A DNA stretch of 54,780 bases from a virus (Duplodnaviria > Caudoviricetes). Location of the stretch: IMG/VR virus record IMGVR_UViG_3300037307_000593, positions 1 through 54,780 of that record, one strand, 5' to 3'. This document shows, in pieces, positions 10,343 to 19,291 of the stretch (positions are counted from its first letter, which is position 1; each line of letters opens with the position of its first letter). The position numbers and the translations under genes were made by a program. The notes under the pieces are model-generated. The model was not told the origin of the DNA. It worked only from the letters and a program-made list of their open reading frames with translations, and did no database searches.

Positions 10343-10898
10343 CGCCGTCGGCCTCGCGCACGGGGCGGCAGGGAGGCGGCGCGTGCCTGCTCGCGGTGGT
10401 GGTCTTTCTCCTGTTCGTGGTGTTGATCACGCACCCACTGCGTGAGTTCCTCCACGACGGGGGCGGGCGTCAGCATCAGGTCGGTGTACGACCACCCCAT
10501 GTATTTGCAGAGGGCTAGTTCTCCCCGCCACCGACGGCGGAGTGCCGGGCGTTTTTTTCCTCCTCCATGCGCTTGCTGTGCGCTTCAATGGCCGTCTCGA
10601 TCTCCTTCAGGCGGTCGGGGTCGAGCGCCTCCAGCGAGGCCTCGCTCACCGGCACCGGCTTGTTGTCCCAGTCGGTCAGGGACCACTTGAGCAGGTAGAT
10701 CGCGCAGCGCATGATGCGCCACCGCTTCATGTCGATCTCGACCGTGGGCTGTTCGCCCTCGCGGCCCTGCCGCATCGCGGTGAAGGCCTGCGTGATGGTC
10801 AGTTCCTCGCCTGCGGTCAGGAACTTCTTGACCTCGATCCACTGCCCCTCGGTCAATTCGACGCGCTGGGCTTCCGGCTTGACGAACCACGTTCCCAT
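10339..10898 (-). CDS. Tail assembly chaperone G-T fusion produced by -1 frameshift
   Basis: In-phase slippery heptamer A AAA AAC at 10557-10551. The -1 frame reads KRPALRRRWRGELALCKYMGWSYTDLMLTP...GRRR* and ends in an ATGA overlap with the TMP start. Confidence 0.8.
10515..10898 (-). CDS. Tail assembly chaperone (gpG-like)
   Basis: 127 aa between tail tube and TMP; WSLTD..PVPVS..L..LDP motif; ends EEEKNA over the slippery site. Confidence 0.85.
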   Translation of the reverse strand: MGTWFVKPEAQRVELTEGQWIEVKKFLTAGEELTITQAFTAMRQGREGEQPTVEIDMKRWRIMRCAIYLLKWSLTDWDNKPVPVSEASLEALDPDRLKEIETAIEAHSKRMEEEKNARHSAVGGGEN

Positions 10899-11248
10899 GG
10901 TTTGGGGTCTCCTGCGGGAGGTGAGGCTGGCCCTAGGCCTGAACCCCCGCGCACGGTGATGCGTTCAGGCATCCCCGCGAGGGTGAACCGCACGGACGTC
11001 TCACCGATGACGGCCGTGTCGGGAATCGTCCATCGCCACAACGCAATCGTGTCCGTTTGGGCGACGGGGATGGGCACTTCGACGACCAGCGGGCGGGCGC
11101 GGCTCCACACGGGATGCTGCGACACGACCTCGGCCGCGAACTCAAACACCTGCATGGCCTCGGACTGGAGGGTCCAGTCTCGCAGGACCACGGCCTCGTG
11201 GTAGGTGGCCACGATCCGTGCCCGTGGTCCCGCGAGATCAACCGCCAT
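10853..11248 (-). CDS. Hypothetical protein (tail region)
   Basis: ATG with GAGGAGG RBS directly after the tail tube stop; 131 aa. Confidence 0.55.
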   Translation of the reverse strand: MAVDLAGPRARIVATYHEAVVLRDWTLQSEAMQVFEFAAEVVSQHPVWSRARPLVVEVPIPVAQTDTIALWRWTIPDTAVIGETSVRFTLAGMPERITVRGGSGLGPASPPAGDPKPWERGSSSRKPSASN

Positions 11249-11275
11249 TGGTCCGCGTGCCTCCTCAGCGTCGGC

Positions 11276-11680
11276 TTACCAGTACCTCACCGTCCAGTTG
11301 CCCTTGGCGATGAAGTTGCCCGAGATCTCCGACGCGCCGGTCACCGAGTTGCTCATCGAGATCGAGAGCCACGCGGGGCCGTAGGCATACGTGCTCGGCT
11401 CGTTGCTGGAGAAGTAGAGGTACACGTAGCAGCCATCCGACGAGTTGGCCGCTTGGAACCACTTGTCCTCCGTGTTGTCCCAGAACCCCGTGACGGTGCC
11501 CGACAGGTCGGGCAGGCCCTGCACGTAGGTTTTGTTCACGTCGCCAAAGGCGGTCACCTCGACGGTGTCCGTGCTCATGTCGAGCGTCCACTCGGTGCAG
11601 CCGACCAGCTTGCCGAACCCACCGCCGGTGCCGGTGCTGCTGATGTACACCATCGCGTTCTTGGAGTGATAGAGAGCCAT
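11276..11680 (-). CDS. Major tail tube protein
   Basis: 134 aa with WTLDMSTDTVEVTAFGD...YVQGLPDLSGTVTGFWD, a tail-tube motif; strong AGGAGG RBS; expected position. Confidence 0.85.
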   Translation of the reverse strand: MALYHSKNAMVYISSTGTGGGFGKLVGCTEWTLDMSTDTVEVTAFGDVNKTYVQGLPDLSGTVTGFWDNTEDKWFQAANSSDGCYVYLYFSSNEPSTYAYGPAWLSISMSNSVTGASEISGNFIAKGNWTVRYW

Positions 11681-11780
11681 GGAACTCGTCCTCCTGCGTT
11701 ACCCCACGGAGGCGGTTCGCCATGCAGCCCACACTCGTGACGGGATGGCGAGGCGTACGCGGACTCAAGCCGTCCGTCGC

Positions 11781-11930
11781 TCAGCGACGGGGTGGCGGTT
11801 GTGATGGGGGATGCGGGGATCCCATGCCGAGCGCCTCTCGCTGCTTCCGCAGCCAGTCCTCCACGGCGCGCAGGATGCCAATCCCGTGACGCAACACCCG
11901 CTCCAAACATTCGACCGTTTCGGGAGTCAC
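11781..11930 (-). CDS. Small hypothetical protein (49 aa)
   Basis: GTG start overlapping the GT stop (GTGA); reads MTPETVECLERVLRHGIGILRAVEDWLRKQ... Confidence 0.45.
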   Translation of the reverse strand: MTPETVECLERVLRHGIGILRAVEDWLRKQREALGMGSPHPPSQPPPRR

Positions 11931-13012
11931 AGCGCCTCCAGTTCCCTGAGCATCTGGGCGGCCCGATGCACCCACGTGTGCTCGGCGACGTGCTGTGGCA
12001 AGCGTGCGGCCAATGCCTGACGGGCATCGTCAGCGGCAAGGTAGCGATGCAGCATCGCCTGCAATTCGGCGGAGGTGCCGAACATCGGAATATCGTGACC
12101 GAAGATCTCCTCGACCTCGGGGCGATACTCGGAGACCGTGAAGCAACCCATCGCGGCCAGTTCGTACAGCCGCGGATTGAGGCTATGGGGCCGGTCCTCC
12201 AAGCGCCCGAACCCCGAGAACCCTTTCGTCCAGCGAAACAGGTTCAGGTTGACCTTCGTCACCTGATACATGGCGGACGCGCGGGCATTGGGCATGACGC
12301 CAAGGTGGATGTGCGGCGAGAGCGGACTCCCTTCCGCCACCTCCCACGGCGTGCCATAGATCCCCAGATCGATGCCCGTCCAGTCCACTTGCTCCAGCAA
12401 CTCGATCCGGTCGGTGAACCCCGTGCCGACGAAGACCACGTCGTGGCGCGGCAGCTTGGCCACCTCGGTCAGGAAGTAGGGGTTCTTCCGCGTATGCACG
12501 AAGGGGTTGTAGGCGTGCTGGAGATAGGTCGTCGTGGGGTTGCCCTCGCGCAACTGGTCCACGCTCGACCGTTCGTTCGTCCAGACCTTGTCGGCGAGCG
12601 CGGCGTACTGGATCTCCTTGTCCACCTCGTAGGGCGACTCGGTCAGGAGCATCCCGATCTTGTAGCCTGCCTTGCGGAGCATCGCGTAGGCATCGGGATG
12701 AAAGTACATCCCCGTGACGACGATGACCCACGACCCTTGCGGCAGGTGGCGCAAGGCCCACGTCACGGCTTGCTCGGATACCCAGCAGCACGAGTCGGCA
12801 TAGGACGGTTTCTGCCCCCGCTCTTCCGGCGTCGCGCCGCGCTCCTGCCACGCGAGCGACAGGGCATTGTTGATGACCCGCAGGCGGTTGGCGAACTGGA
12901 ACGGCAGGACGGTCACGCCGTTGGCGACGAGGCCATCGACCATGCCGGAGAACACGTCGGCGACGGACCAGTCGGCGCCGGGATGCACGACCATGAGGCG
13001 GTCGATCTTCAT
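11927..13012 (-). CDS. GT-B glycosyltransferase (CgeB / Glyco_trans_1_2-like)
   Basis: Start MKIDRL at an ATGA overlap; motifs DVVFVGTGF..RIELL, KVNLNLFR, LNPRLYELAAMGCF, HTWVHRA. Confidence 0.85.
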   Translation of the reverse strand: MKIDRLMVVHPGADWSVADVFSGMVDGLVANGVTVLPFQFANRLRVINNALSLAWQERGATPEERGQKPSYADSCCWVSEQAVTWALRHLPQGSWVIVVTGMYFHPDAYAMLRKAGYKIGMLLTESPYEVDKEIQYAALADKVWTNERSSVDQLREGNPTTTYLQHAYNPFVHTRKNPYFLTEVAKLPRHDVVFVGTGFTDRIELLEQVDWTGIDLGIYGTPWEVAEGSPLSPHIHLGVMPNARASAMYQVTKVNLNLFRWTKGFSGFGRLEDRPHSLNPRLYELAAMGCFTVSEYRPEVEEIFGHDIPMFGTSAELQAMLHRYLAADDARQALAARLPQHVAEHTWVHRAAQMLRELEAL

Positions 13013-13599
13013 GCGTCCGCCTTTCGGGCCAGCGCCATGACCGTGCCGTGGCGGTCGTTGTATTCGACCGAGATCGCGCTGAACGGCTTGAGCCATTCGT
13101 AGAGCAGGTCGGGGGTCACGTTCCGGTAGAACTCGTCGTAGGGCGTATCCCAGTCCTCGGGCACGTTGGCGATGGCGCGCTGGACGGTCTCGGCATCGAA
13201 CTTCCCCTGCAGCATGAGGGCGGCCCGCGGCAGGGTCGCATCCGACCGGTGCGGCTTGCGGGGCGGCGCGGCGGCCGTCACGATGAAGACGCCCCCCGCG
13301 GCGAGCATCCGATGCGCGTTCCAGCAGATGGCCTCGGCCGCCGGCGTGTGTTCCAGCACCTCGCAACAGACGACCGTATCGGGGGGCCACGGCGGGGTGT
13401 ACTCCTCGCCACCGGCCACCACGTCCACGCCGTTCCCTGGCTCCGTATCAATGCCGATGTAGTCCGCCTCGGGCGCCGTCACGGCAAACGCCATGCGGAT
13501 CGTCCCGTTGATGATGTGACTGCCGATTTCCACGACCTTGGTACGTGGGGGCAGGGTCCGCAAGACCCGCGCGACGTACCCGAAGCTCACCGCATCCAT
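13009..13599 (-). CDS. Class I SAM-dependent methyltransferase
   Basis: VVEIGS, YIGID...GNGVDVV, VVCCEVLEH, LAAGGVFIVT motifs. Confidence 0.85.
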   Translation of the reverse strand: MDAVSFGYVARVLRTLPPRTKVVEIGSHIINGTIRMAFAVTAPEADYIGIDTEPGNGVDVVAGGEEYTPPWPPDTVVCCEVLEHTPAAEAICWNAHRMLAAGGVFIVTAAAPPRKPHRSDATLPRAALMLQGKFDAETVQRAIANVPEDWDTPYDEFYRNVTPDLLYEWLKPFSAISVEYNDRHGTVMALARKADA

Positions 13600-13995
13600 T
13601 CAGGCCACCTGCTTCCAGATTTCGATATTGAACGCGAACGTGATGTCGTCGCCGTCGCCTTCCCGCGTCAATTCAAAGGGCGATTGCAGGGGTTCGACGG
13701 TGAGATAGAGGACACTGTTGAGGACTTCGTTCTTGATCGAGGCCAAGGCCGACCATGCCGCTTGGGCTTTGGTCCGTCCCGTCACGTACCCGTGCGAGGT
13801 GCGGACCAACACCTGCACGCGCGGTTGTTCCCACGCGATGTCGCCAAAGACCCATGTCGGCGGGCTGCCCCCGTACTCCCCGAGCGAGATGGCGTCTTCT
13901 GGACTGAGGGGCAACTGGCTCAGGAAGATGTCTATGCCGACGGTCCCGACCCCCGCCGTCTGGAGCACGCCCGCCAGATCGGCCAAGAGGCTCAC
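13600..13995 (-). CDS. Tail terminator / minor capsid-family protein
   Basis: 131 aa with EYGG, PRVQVLVR and QSPF..L motifs; last gene of the head-tail connector block. Confidence 0.75.
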   Translation of the reverse strand: MSLLADLAGVLQTAGVGTVGIDIFLSQLPLSPEDAISLGEYGGSPPTWVFGDIAWEQPRVQVLVRTSHGYVTGRTKAQAAWSALASIKNEVLNSVLYLTVEPLQSPFELTREGDGDDITFAFNIEIWKQVA

Positions 13996-14369
13996 CGCAG
14001 CCTCCGCATGATGCCCGCAATCAGGCGGGCATCCAGCCCCTGTTGCGACTCCAGCAAGGGAATCTCCAGAAACTTGTCGCGGGTCGGCGGCTCATGCGTG
14101 TAGATCGGCGGCGGGGTCTCGTGTTGCAGGAGCGCATAGTCCACCGGCCCGCCGCCGAAGGAGAACGTCACCGTGCAGTCACCGCCTCCGCTCCATGTCG
14201 GGCCGTCGATCTTCCCGCTCGCCCGCAAGGCGCCGGTCTCGACCGGACACAGGCGCAGGGCCTCGGCGAGAATCGCCTCGGCTTCCTCGCGCAGCGCCCC
14301 CTCGGCCGCCGCCCGATAGCGGTCGCGGAAGTTCTCCAGTTGCGGCAGGAGGGTGTTGCGGACGGCCAT
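13992..14369 (-). CDS. HK97 gp10-like neck/tail-completion protein
   Basis: CPVETGALRASG...YALLQHE...KFLE motif. Confidence 0.8.
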   Translation of the reverse strand: MAVRNTLLPQLENFRDRYRAAAEGALREEAEAILAEALRLCPVETGALRASGKIDGPTWSGGGDCTVTFSFGGGPVDYALLQHETPPPIYTHEPPTRDKFLEIPLLESQQGLDARLIAGIMRRLR

Positions 14370-14746
14370 CAGAGATAGACCTCCACGACGAAGGCCTGCC
14401 GACTACTGTCCAGCACATTGCGCTCCACGCGCAGAATGGGTTTCGGTTCCAGCATCACCCCCGTGGTGGGGCAGGGACAGGAGAAATGGTCCCGCGGGTC
14501 CACCGTGATGTTGTCGAGAATCGTGTACTTGGACGAGGCCTCGGTGTCGATGCCGACGCCGGTCTGGATGCGCGCCGTCGTCGAATCGGCGACGGCCTTC
14601 CGCGCCACCCGTGGGCCGAAGGTCGGCTCACCGTACTCGTTGTGTCCGGTCCACGGGTACTGGTAGATGGTGACCAGCAGACGGCCGCCATCGAGGATCG
14701 ACTTGGCGACCGCGACGTTGCTCCGAATGATGTCGGCGAGGGCCAT
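14369..14746 (-). CDS. Head closure (stopper) protein
   Basis: 125 aa with NEYGEPTF motif; lies between adaptor and neck genes. Confidence 0.65.
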   Translation of the reverse strand: MALADIIRSNVAVAKSILDGGRLLVTIYQYPWTGHNEYGEPTFGPRVARKAVADSTTARIQTGVGIDTEASSKYTILDNITVDPRDHFSCPCPTTGVMLEPKPILRVERNVLDSSRQAFVVEVYL

Positions 14747-14750
14747 GACG

Positions 14751-15299
14751 TTAGACCGGCGCGAGCGGCACCGTCTTCAGGGCGGGCCGCTGGCTGGAGG
14801 TATTCGCGGTCACCCACGGCTGGATGAACGCCATGACACTGGGCGCGATGATGTCAGGGGCATTGGTCGTGGCCCCTGAGGGGGGCGACCGGAACCCGAT
14901 CTGGATCGAGCCGGCCGTGAGGCTCGCGATGCCCTGCACGTCGGTGTCGGACTCGGCCGTCCGGTCCCGCACGAGCAGGAGACGCGCCTGTTCCGCCGTC
15001 GCCCATTTGACGCGTGTCGGGACGACGTCTTCGCCGATGACCGCATCGGTGATGGGGTCGAGCATCCCCGTGCGCGGCCACGCCAAGGCCTGTCCATCGG
15101 TCGAGGCGAGGCCACTCCATGACAGGTACGCATCGAGTTCGCGGGTCGCCATGATGAGCGCCCGCTTCTGGTCTTCCGGCTCCGCCTCGGTCCATGTCGT
15201 GCCGGAGACGTGCGCCTCGTTGTACGCCGTCGCCTCAGCCACAGTGCAGTAGCTGTTGGCCGAGGCAGACCCAGCGGTCGCGACAATGGTCAAGGCCAT
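14751..15299 (-). CDS. Head-tail adaptor (DnaT-like ssDNA-binding family)
   Basis: ANSYCTVAEA..Y, ALIMATRELD, QALAWPR, VPTRVKWAT motifs. Confidence 0.8.
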   Translation of the reverse strand: MALTIVATAGSASANSYCTVAEATAYNEAHVSGTTWTEAEPEDQKRALIMATRELDAYLSWSGLASTDGQALAWPRTGMLDPITDAVIGEDVVPTRVKWATAEQARLLLVRDRTAESDTDVQGIASLTAGSIQIGFRSPPSGATTNAPDIIAPSVMAFIQPWVTANTSSQRPALKTVPLAPV

Positions 15300-15302
15300 C
15301 GG

Positions 15303-15584
15303 TTATTCCTCGGGCAGCACGCGCGTCTTGCGGCGCGGGGGCCGACGGTAGAACGCGGGATCGACGGCGGCCTCGCGCGGTTCGTCCGTGACGACCACGG
15401 GCGTCTCCTCCTCGTCCACCGGTGCGTGGACCGTGGAGAGGACGGGGGTCGGCGGCGGCGGCGCAGGGACGGCCTGCACGTCCTCGTCTCGCACCCAGAC
15501 GTCTTGGGCTTTCAGGAAATCGCGTTCGTCGAGCAGGAACACGACACCGAGCTTGGCGCGCTTCTGCACTTTGATCAGGGCCAC
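15303..15584 (-). CDS. Hypothetical protein
   Basis: GTG start with AAGGAG RBS; tightly packed in the operon after the capsid gene. Confidence 0.55.
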   Translation of the reverse strand: MALIKVQKRAKLGVVFLLDERDFLKAQDVWVRDEDVQAVPAPPPPTPVLSTVHAPVDEEETPVVVTDEPREAAVDPAFYRRPPRRKTRVLPEE

Positions 15585-15594
15585 TCCGTTCTCC

Positions 15595-15789
15595 TTAGCT
15601 CAGGGCCACGGCCTCGGCCGCTGCCTTGACGATGGCGACGTTGTCGTCGCTGTCGGAGGTGATGACATCGTTTCGGCCGGTGTAATGGGCCGCGAGGAGT
15701 TGTCGGACGAACAGGCGGATCTGTGCCTCCACGTCCTCTTGCGCGGTCGTGAGTGTTGCCTGCTTGTCGTAGAGATCGGACAGCGCCAC
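15595..15789 (-). CDS. Hypothetical protein
   Basis: AAAGGAGG RBS with GTG start; 64 aa. Confidence 0.55.
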   Translation of the reverse strand: MALSDLYDKQATLTTAQEDVEAQIRLFVRQLLAAHYTGRNDVITSDSDDNVAIVKAAAEAVALS

Positions 15790-15869
15790 ACCTGCCTCCT
15801 TTCACCTGTGCGGGCCGGAGGCGTCCCAGCACGCCCCCGACCCTGTCAGGTGTCACGTCCGACCCGCGC

Positions 15870-17054
15870 TTACGCGAGGTACGGCACGCGGCAGGCGAGG
15901 CGGCCGTCGAGGATCTTGACGCCGTAGAGGACGTCAATCGCGACGTACACCGCCGAGTTGGCCCCATCGTAGTACATGCGCGAGCGCAGCGACAGGCCGG
16001 TGATGGGGTCGGTGACCGTCTCCACCATGGCGCCCAGTTCGCGCGGCAGCGTCGTGAGCGGCGCCATCGCGAGGCAGGCGTAGTTGCGGTGGAAGAACAG
16101 CGGCTGCGGGTGCGCCCCGCCGCCCGACCCGCCGACCAGCGTGGCCGTGACGACGGCGTTGCCGAGCGAGGCCACGCGCAGGCCCGGCTCGATGGTCAGG
16201 TCGGTGATGGCGCCGCCCGAGGCCGTCTTGTCGGCGGTCACGGCGTAGCTGCCCGTCGTGTCGCCCGTGATCGTGATCAGGTCGCCCGTCTTGATCGTGC
16301 CCGACGCCTCGTAGGCCGTGATCGAGAGGGTCGTGGCGCCGAGGGCGTGGTTGCCGTTCAGGGCCGCCACCGTGTCGGCCGCCGTGCCCGGCGTGTGGGT
16401 GTAGTAGTTCTGGTTGGAGAAGAACTCAAACCCGTACCGCGTGCCCATCGAGCCGCGCATCAGGCTGTCCACGCCCGCGGTCCCCGCCGTGTTGTACTGC
16501 GTGAACTGCGCGAGACCGAGCATGTCGGCCTCGGCGGCGCCGTGCAGCATCGCGTGCAGGAAGCCAGGGTCCATCGGGCACTTGGCGTCGAACAACGCCT
16601 TGCGGGCCGCGAGCACGTCGGCGATGTCCATCGCGCCGTTCGTCCCGCCGGACTTGGCCGTCGCGTTGACGACGCTGGGGGTCAGCGCCACCAGATCCTG
16701 ATCGATCTGGTCGGCGATGGCGTAGGCCGCCGGCCGGATGTGGTCGTTGATGATCGCCTCACCGGTGTAGGCCAGTTCCTGATCGGTGATGACGAACTTC
16801 ACTTCCTTCCATTTGTCCAGCGTCACCTGCACGATGGAGGGCTGCAGGGCGGAGGCGGCGGCGGGCGCGTTGGCGGCCGTGAAGACGCCGGGCCGACGGA
16901 TCTGGATCACCGAGCCGATATTCTGGGGCCGGTTGTCGTAGCCGCGATGCACGCGGGCCGCGAGACCGAGGGCTTTCTCCAACTGGATCAGCGCCTCTTG
17001 CGCGTACCAGATGGGGTCGTACGGGGAATACACGTTGTTCGTGGTCAGGGCCAT
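15870..17054 (-). CDS. Major capsid protein (P22 coat-like, HK97 fold)
   Basis: 394 aa with GSVIQIRRP, IRPAAYAIADQID, FFHRNYACLA and IDVLYGVK motifs; follows the scaffold gene. Confidence 0.9.
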   Translation of the reverse strand: MALTTNNVYSPYDPIWYAQEALIQLEKALGLAARVHRGYDNRPQNIGSVIQIRRPGVFTAANAPAAASALQPSIVQVTLDKWKEVKFVITDQELAYTGEAIINDHIRPAAYAIADQIDQDLVALTPSVVNATAKSGGTNGAMDIADVLAARKALFDAKCPMDPGFLHAMLHGAAEADMLGLAQFTQYNTAGTAGVDSLMRGSMGTRYGFEFFSNQNYYTHTPGTAADTVAALNGNHALGATTLSITAYEASGTIKTGDLITITGDTTGSYAVTADKTASGGAITDLTIEPGLRVASLGNAVVTATLVGGSGGGAHPQPLFFHRNYACLAMAPLTTLPRELGAMVETVTDPITGLSLRSRMYYDGANSAVYVAIDVLYGVKILDGRLACRVPYLA

Positions 17055-17220
17055 GGAAGGTCACCTCGTTCGTCTGAAAAGATCAACCGCACAAAACGGC
17101 CACCGCTGACCGGCACGGTCTTTCAGACGGCGAGGCCGCTCCGACATGGAGCGGACACCCTCCACGCGTCGTCGCGTGGCCCGGTGCAGGGGAACACCGA
17201 GCCAGAGAGGCTGGCGTGCC

Positions 17221-18018
17221 CTACTGCTTCGTAATCACGATCTCGGTGCCGTCCTTGAGCGCCTGCTCGCGTGCGGCCCGATACGTGCGCGGATCTCGGG
17301 CCTGATCCGCGGTCAGCACGACCTTGCCCGCCAAGGTGCGTGCCTTGCCCGCTTCGGCGCCCCCGCCGGCGGACACTTCAAACAAGTGGGCGGCCTCCGT
17401 CGCTAACGAAGACACCCACTCGTCCATCGAGACGGGCGTGCCGTTCTTGCCGTAGAGCACGTTCCCGTCGGGGCCATACGGGGTGGGACGGCCGTCTTCG
17501 ACCTTCCAGATCTCCCGCGCGCGCGACAGCACGTCGCGCACCGCCACCGGCCGCACACCGGCCTTCTGGGCGGCTTGCGTGATCCCGTTCTCCACGACGA
17601 CGGTGTGGAGATTGGTCGTCAACGCCCCCGTCTTCTGCCGTTCCTCGTCCAGTGCCCGCATGATGGCGGTGATCTCGGCGTCCTTCGCCTTGATCACCGG
17701 ATCCATGCGCGCCTTGACCAGCCCCTCGACGTCGTTGCTGTCGATGAGCTTCTTTTCCTGCCGCTGGCGGCGCTCGTCGATGGCCGCCGCGATCTCTTCG
17801 GGGGTCGCGTTGAGCTTCTCGTACTCGGCGACCCGTTGGTTGGCCTTGTCGCGCTTGAGGCGCATGTCCTCCAGCGTCTTCTTCAGGCCGGTCACGTCTT
17901 CGACGCCCTCGGCATCCAGCAGAAACCCGTCGCCTGACGGGGACTGCCGGTAGAGCGCCTTCAACGACTCGTCGAGCGCCTCATAGTCGGCGGTGGAGAG
18001 TTTTGCCTTGAGTGCCAT
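17221..18018 (-). CDS. Capsid scaffolding protein
   Basis: MALKAKL...LY....DGFLLDAEGVEDVTGLKK, coiled coil, EWVSSL...AHLF; precedes the capsid gene. Confidence 0.8.
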   Translation of the reverse strand: MALKAKLSTADYEALDESLKALYRQSPSGDGFLLDAEGVEDVTGLKKTLEDMRLKRDKANQRVAEYEKLNATPEEIAAAIDERRQRQEKKLIDSNDVEGLVKARMDPVIKAKDAEITAIMRALDEERQKTGALTTNLHTVVVENGITQAAQKAGVRPVAVRDVLSRAREIWKVEDGRPTPYGPDGNVLYGKNGTPVSMDEWVSSLATEAAHLFEVSAGGGAEAGKARTLAGKVVLTADQARDPRTYRAAREQALKDGTEIVITKQ

Positions 18019-18096
18019 ACGCTCCTTCGGGGCGCGACACGCGCCCATCTCCTACTGGTGGCGAATGTAGGCGCGCACCTGCGCCCTGTCAACAGC

Positions 18097-18264
18097 TTAG
18101 CCGCGACGCCTGCGCGATTTCCCAGCGAGACTCAACGCTATCGCTATTGCCTGGGACCGCGACCGCACGAGTGGCCCCTTTCCCGGCCCGCGCTTGCCGG
18201 TGTGCAGCGTCCCGCGCTTGTACTCGCCAAGCACTTTTTCGATCTTGCTCTTGCGTTTGGCCAT
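18097..18264 (-). CDS. Small basic protein (DUF6496-like)
   Basis: KIEKVLGEYKRGTLHTG...VRSRSQAIAIALS motif; GGGAGG RBS. Confidence 0.7.
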   Translation of the reverse strand: MAKRKSKIEKVLGEYKRGTLHTGKRGPGKGPLVRSRSQAIAIALSLAGKSRRRRG

Positions 18265-18277
18265 GACGACCTCCCTG

Positions 18278-19102
18278 CTAGGCGGCCCGTATGCCTGATG
18301 CGCGCACGATGGAGATTGTGCAGCGACAGGAGCTATGAGCCGGCGGATGCTGCCCGATCCAGCCGCGCGACGAGGTAAAGGGTTCATCGAGCCGCTTGGT
18401 CACGCCCTCCAGATCGCGGCAGACGGCGCAGCGTCGCTCATCAGCGGCCGTCACCCACTTCTTTCGCACCAAGGGGTCACCGGCCATGACGCCTTGCTGG
18501 GCATCGGCGAGCTTGCCCGCGTTGAAGGCGGCGATGGTCTCGGTGCGGGCAATCAGGACCGCCCGCGTGCGCCGGACTCGGTCGCGGAACTGGTCGGTCA
18601 GGGCCTCGATACGGGCGGCGGGCAGGGCCACGTCCCGCGCGAGCAGGCCCCGCCGGTAGGCGGCCACGGCGGCCTCCTGTCGGGCCGTCAGGCCCACGGT
18701 CTCGGTCAGGGCATGGGCAGCACTGCGCACGGTCAACTCGCCCGCCATGGCGCGGGTGATGACCTGCTGGAGGGCGATCCGCTGCTGGTCGGTGATCTCG
18801 CGGACGAGGCGGGCACTCTGGGTCCGTGCCCACGTCACGGCGGCATCCCCCAGCGGGTCGAGGCGTGGCCCCCCGCCGAGGATGACCCCGTCGAGGAGTA
18901 CGCGCGTCAGGGTGCGTTGCAGGGTCTGGGCCTCAGGCGCCCATGCGGTGGCGACGGTCGTCGTGAGGTCGCGGGCGGGGGCAGGCGTCCCCAAGACCCG
19001 CCCGAGGCCCAGCCGACGCAGGCGGCGGGTCAGGGCCGCGAAGGCAAGGGACAGGGCACGCGCGAGGCGGCGGCTCTGTCGGCGTTCCTCCTCGGGGGTC
19101 AT
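18278..19102 (-). CDS. Head morphogenesis protein (Mu gpF / SPP1 gp7 family)
   Basis: RAVLIARTET, KKWVTAADERRCAVC, PPAHSSCRC. Confidence 0.9.
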   Translation of the reverse strand: MTPEEERRQSRRLARALSLAFAALTRRLRRLGLGRVLGTPAPARDLTTTVATAWAPEAQTLQRTLTRVLLDGVILGGGPRLDPLGDAAVTWARTQSARLVREITDQQRIALQQVITRAMAGELTVRSAAHALTETVGLTARQEAAVAAYRRGLLARDVALPAARIEALTDQFRDRVRRTRAVLIARTETIAAFNAGKLADAQQGVMAGDPLVRKKWVTAADERRCAVCRDLEGVTKRLDEPFTSSRGWIGQHPPAHSSCRCTISIVRASGIRAA

Positions 19103-19111
19103 GGGCGGCGC

Positions 19112-19282
19112 TCAGGCGACCTCGTCAGGGGGCGGCGGCGTCTTCTTGGGGCGCTTCGGCTTGGGCCGCCGACGGCCGGCCCACTGGGCGAGGTTCTTCA
19201 TCTCATGCGGCTTGGCCCCACGGGCCTCCAAGATACGCTTCATGGCCGCAAAGCGGCTCCCCACCCCAATCCCGTGTGGCAT
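19112..19282 (-). CDS. Small basic hypothetical protein (56 aa)
   Basis: Below the ORF-track cut-off; AGGAG RBS; reads MPHGIGVGSRFAAMKRILEARG...PKKTPPPPDEVA*. Confidence 0.5.
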   Translation of the reverse strand: MPHGIGVGSRFAAMKRILEARGAKPHEMKNLAQWAGRRRPKPKRPKKTPPPPDEVA

Positions 19283-19291
19283 GGTGCTCCT

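Noticed and set aside
13013-13390. N-terminal extension of the glycosyltransferase in the ORF track (487 aa)
   Set aside because: It overlaps the methyltransferase in another frame; the ATGA-coupled start at 13012 is far more plausible.
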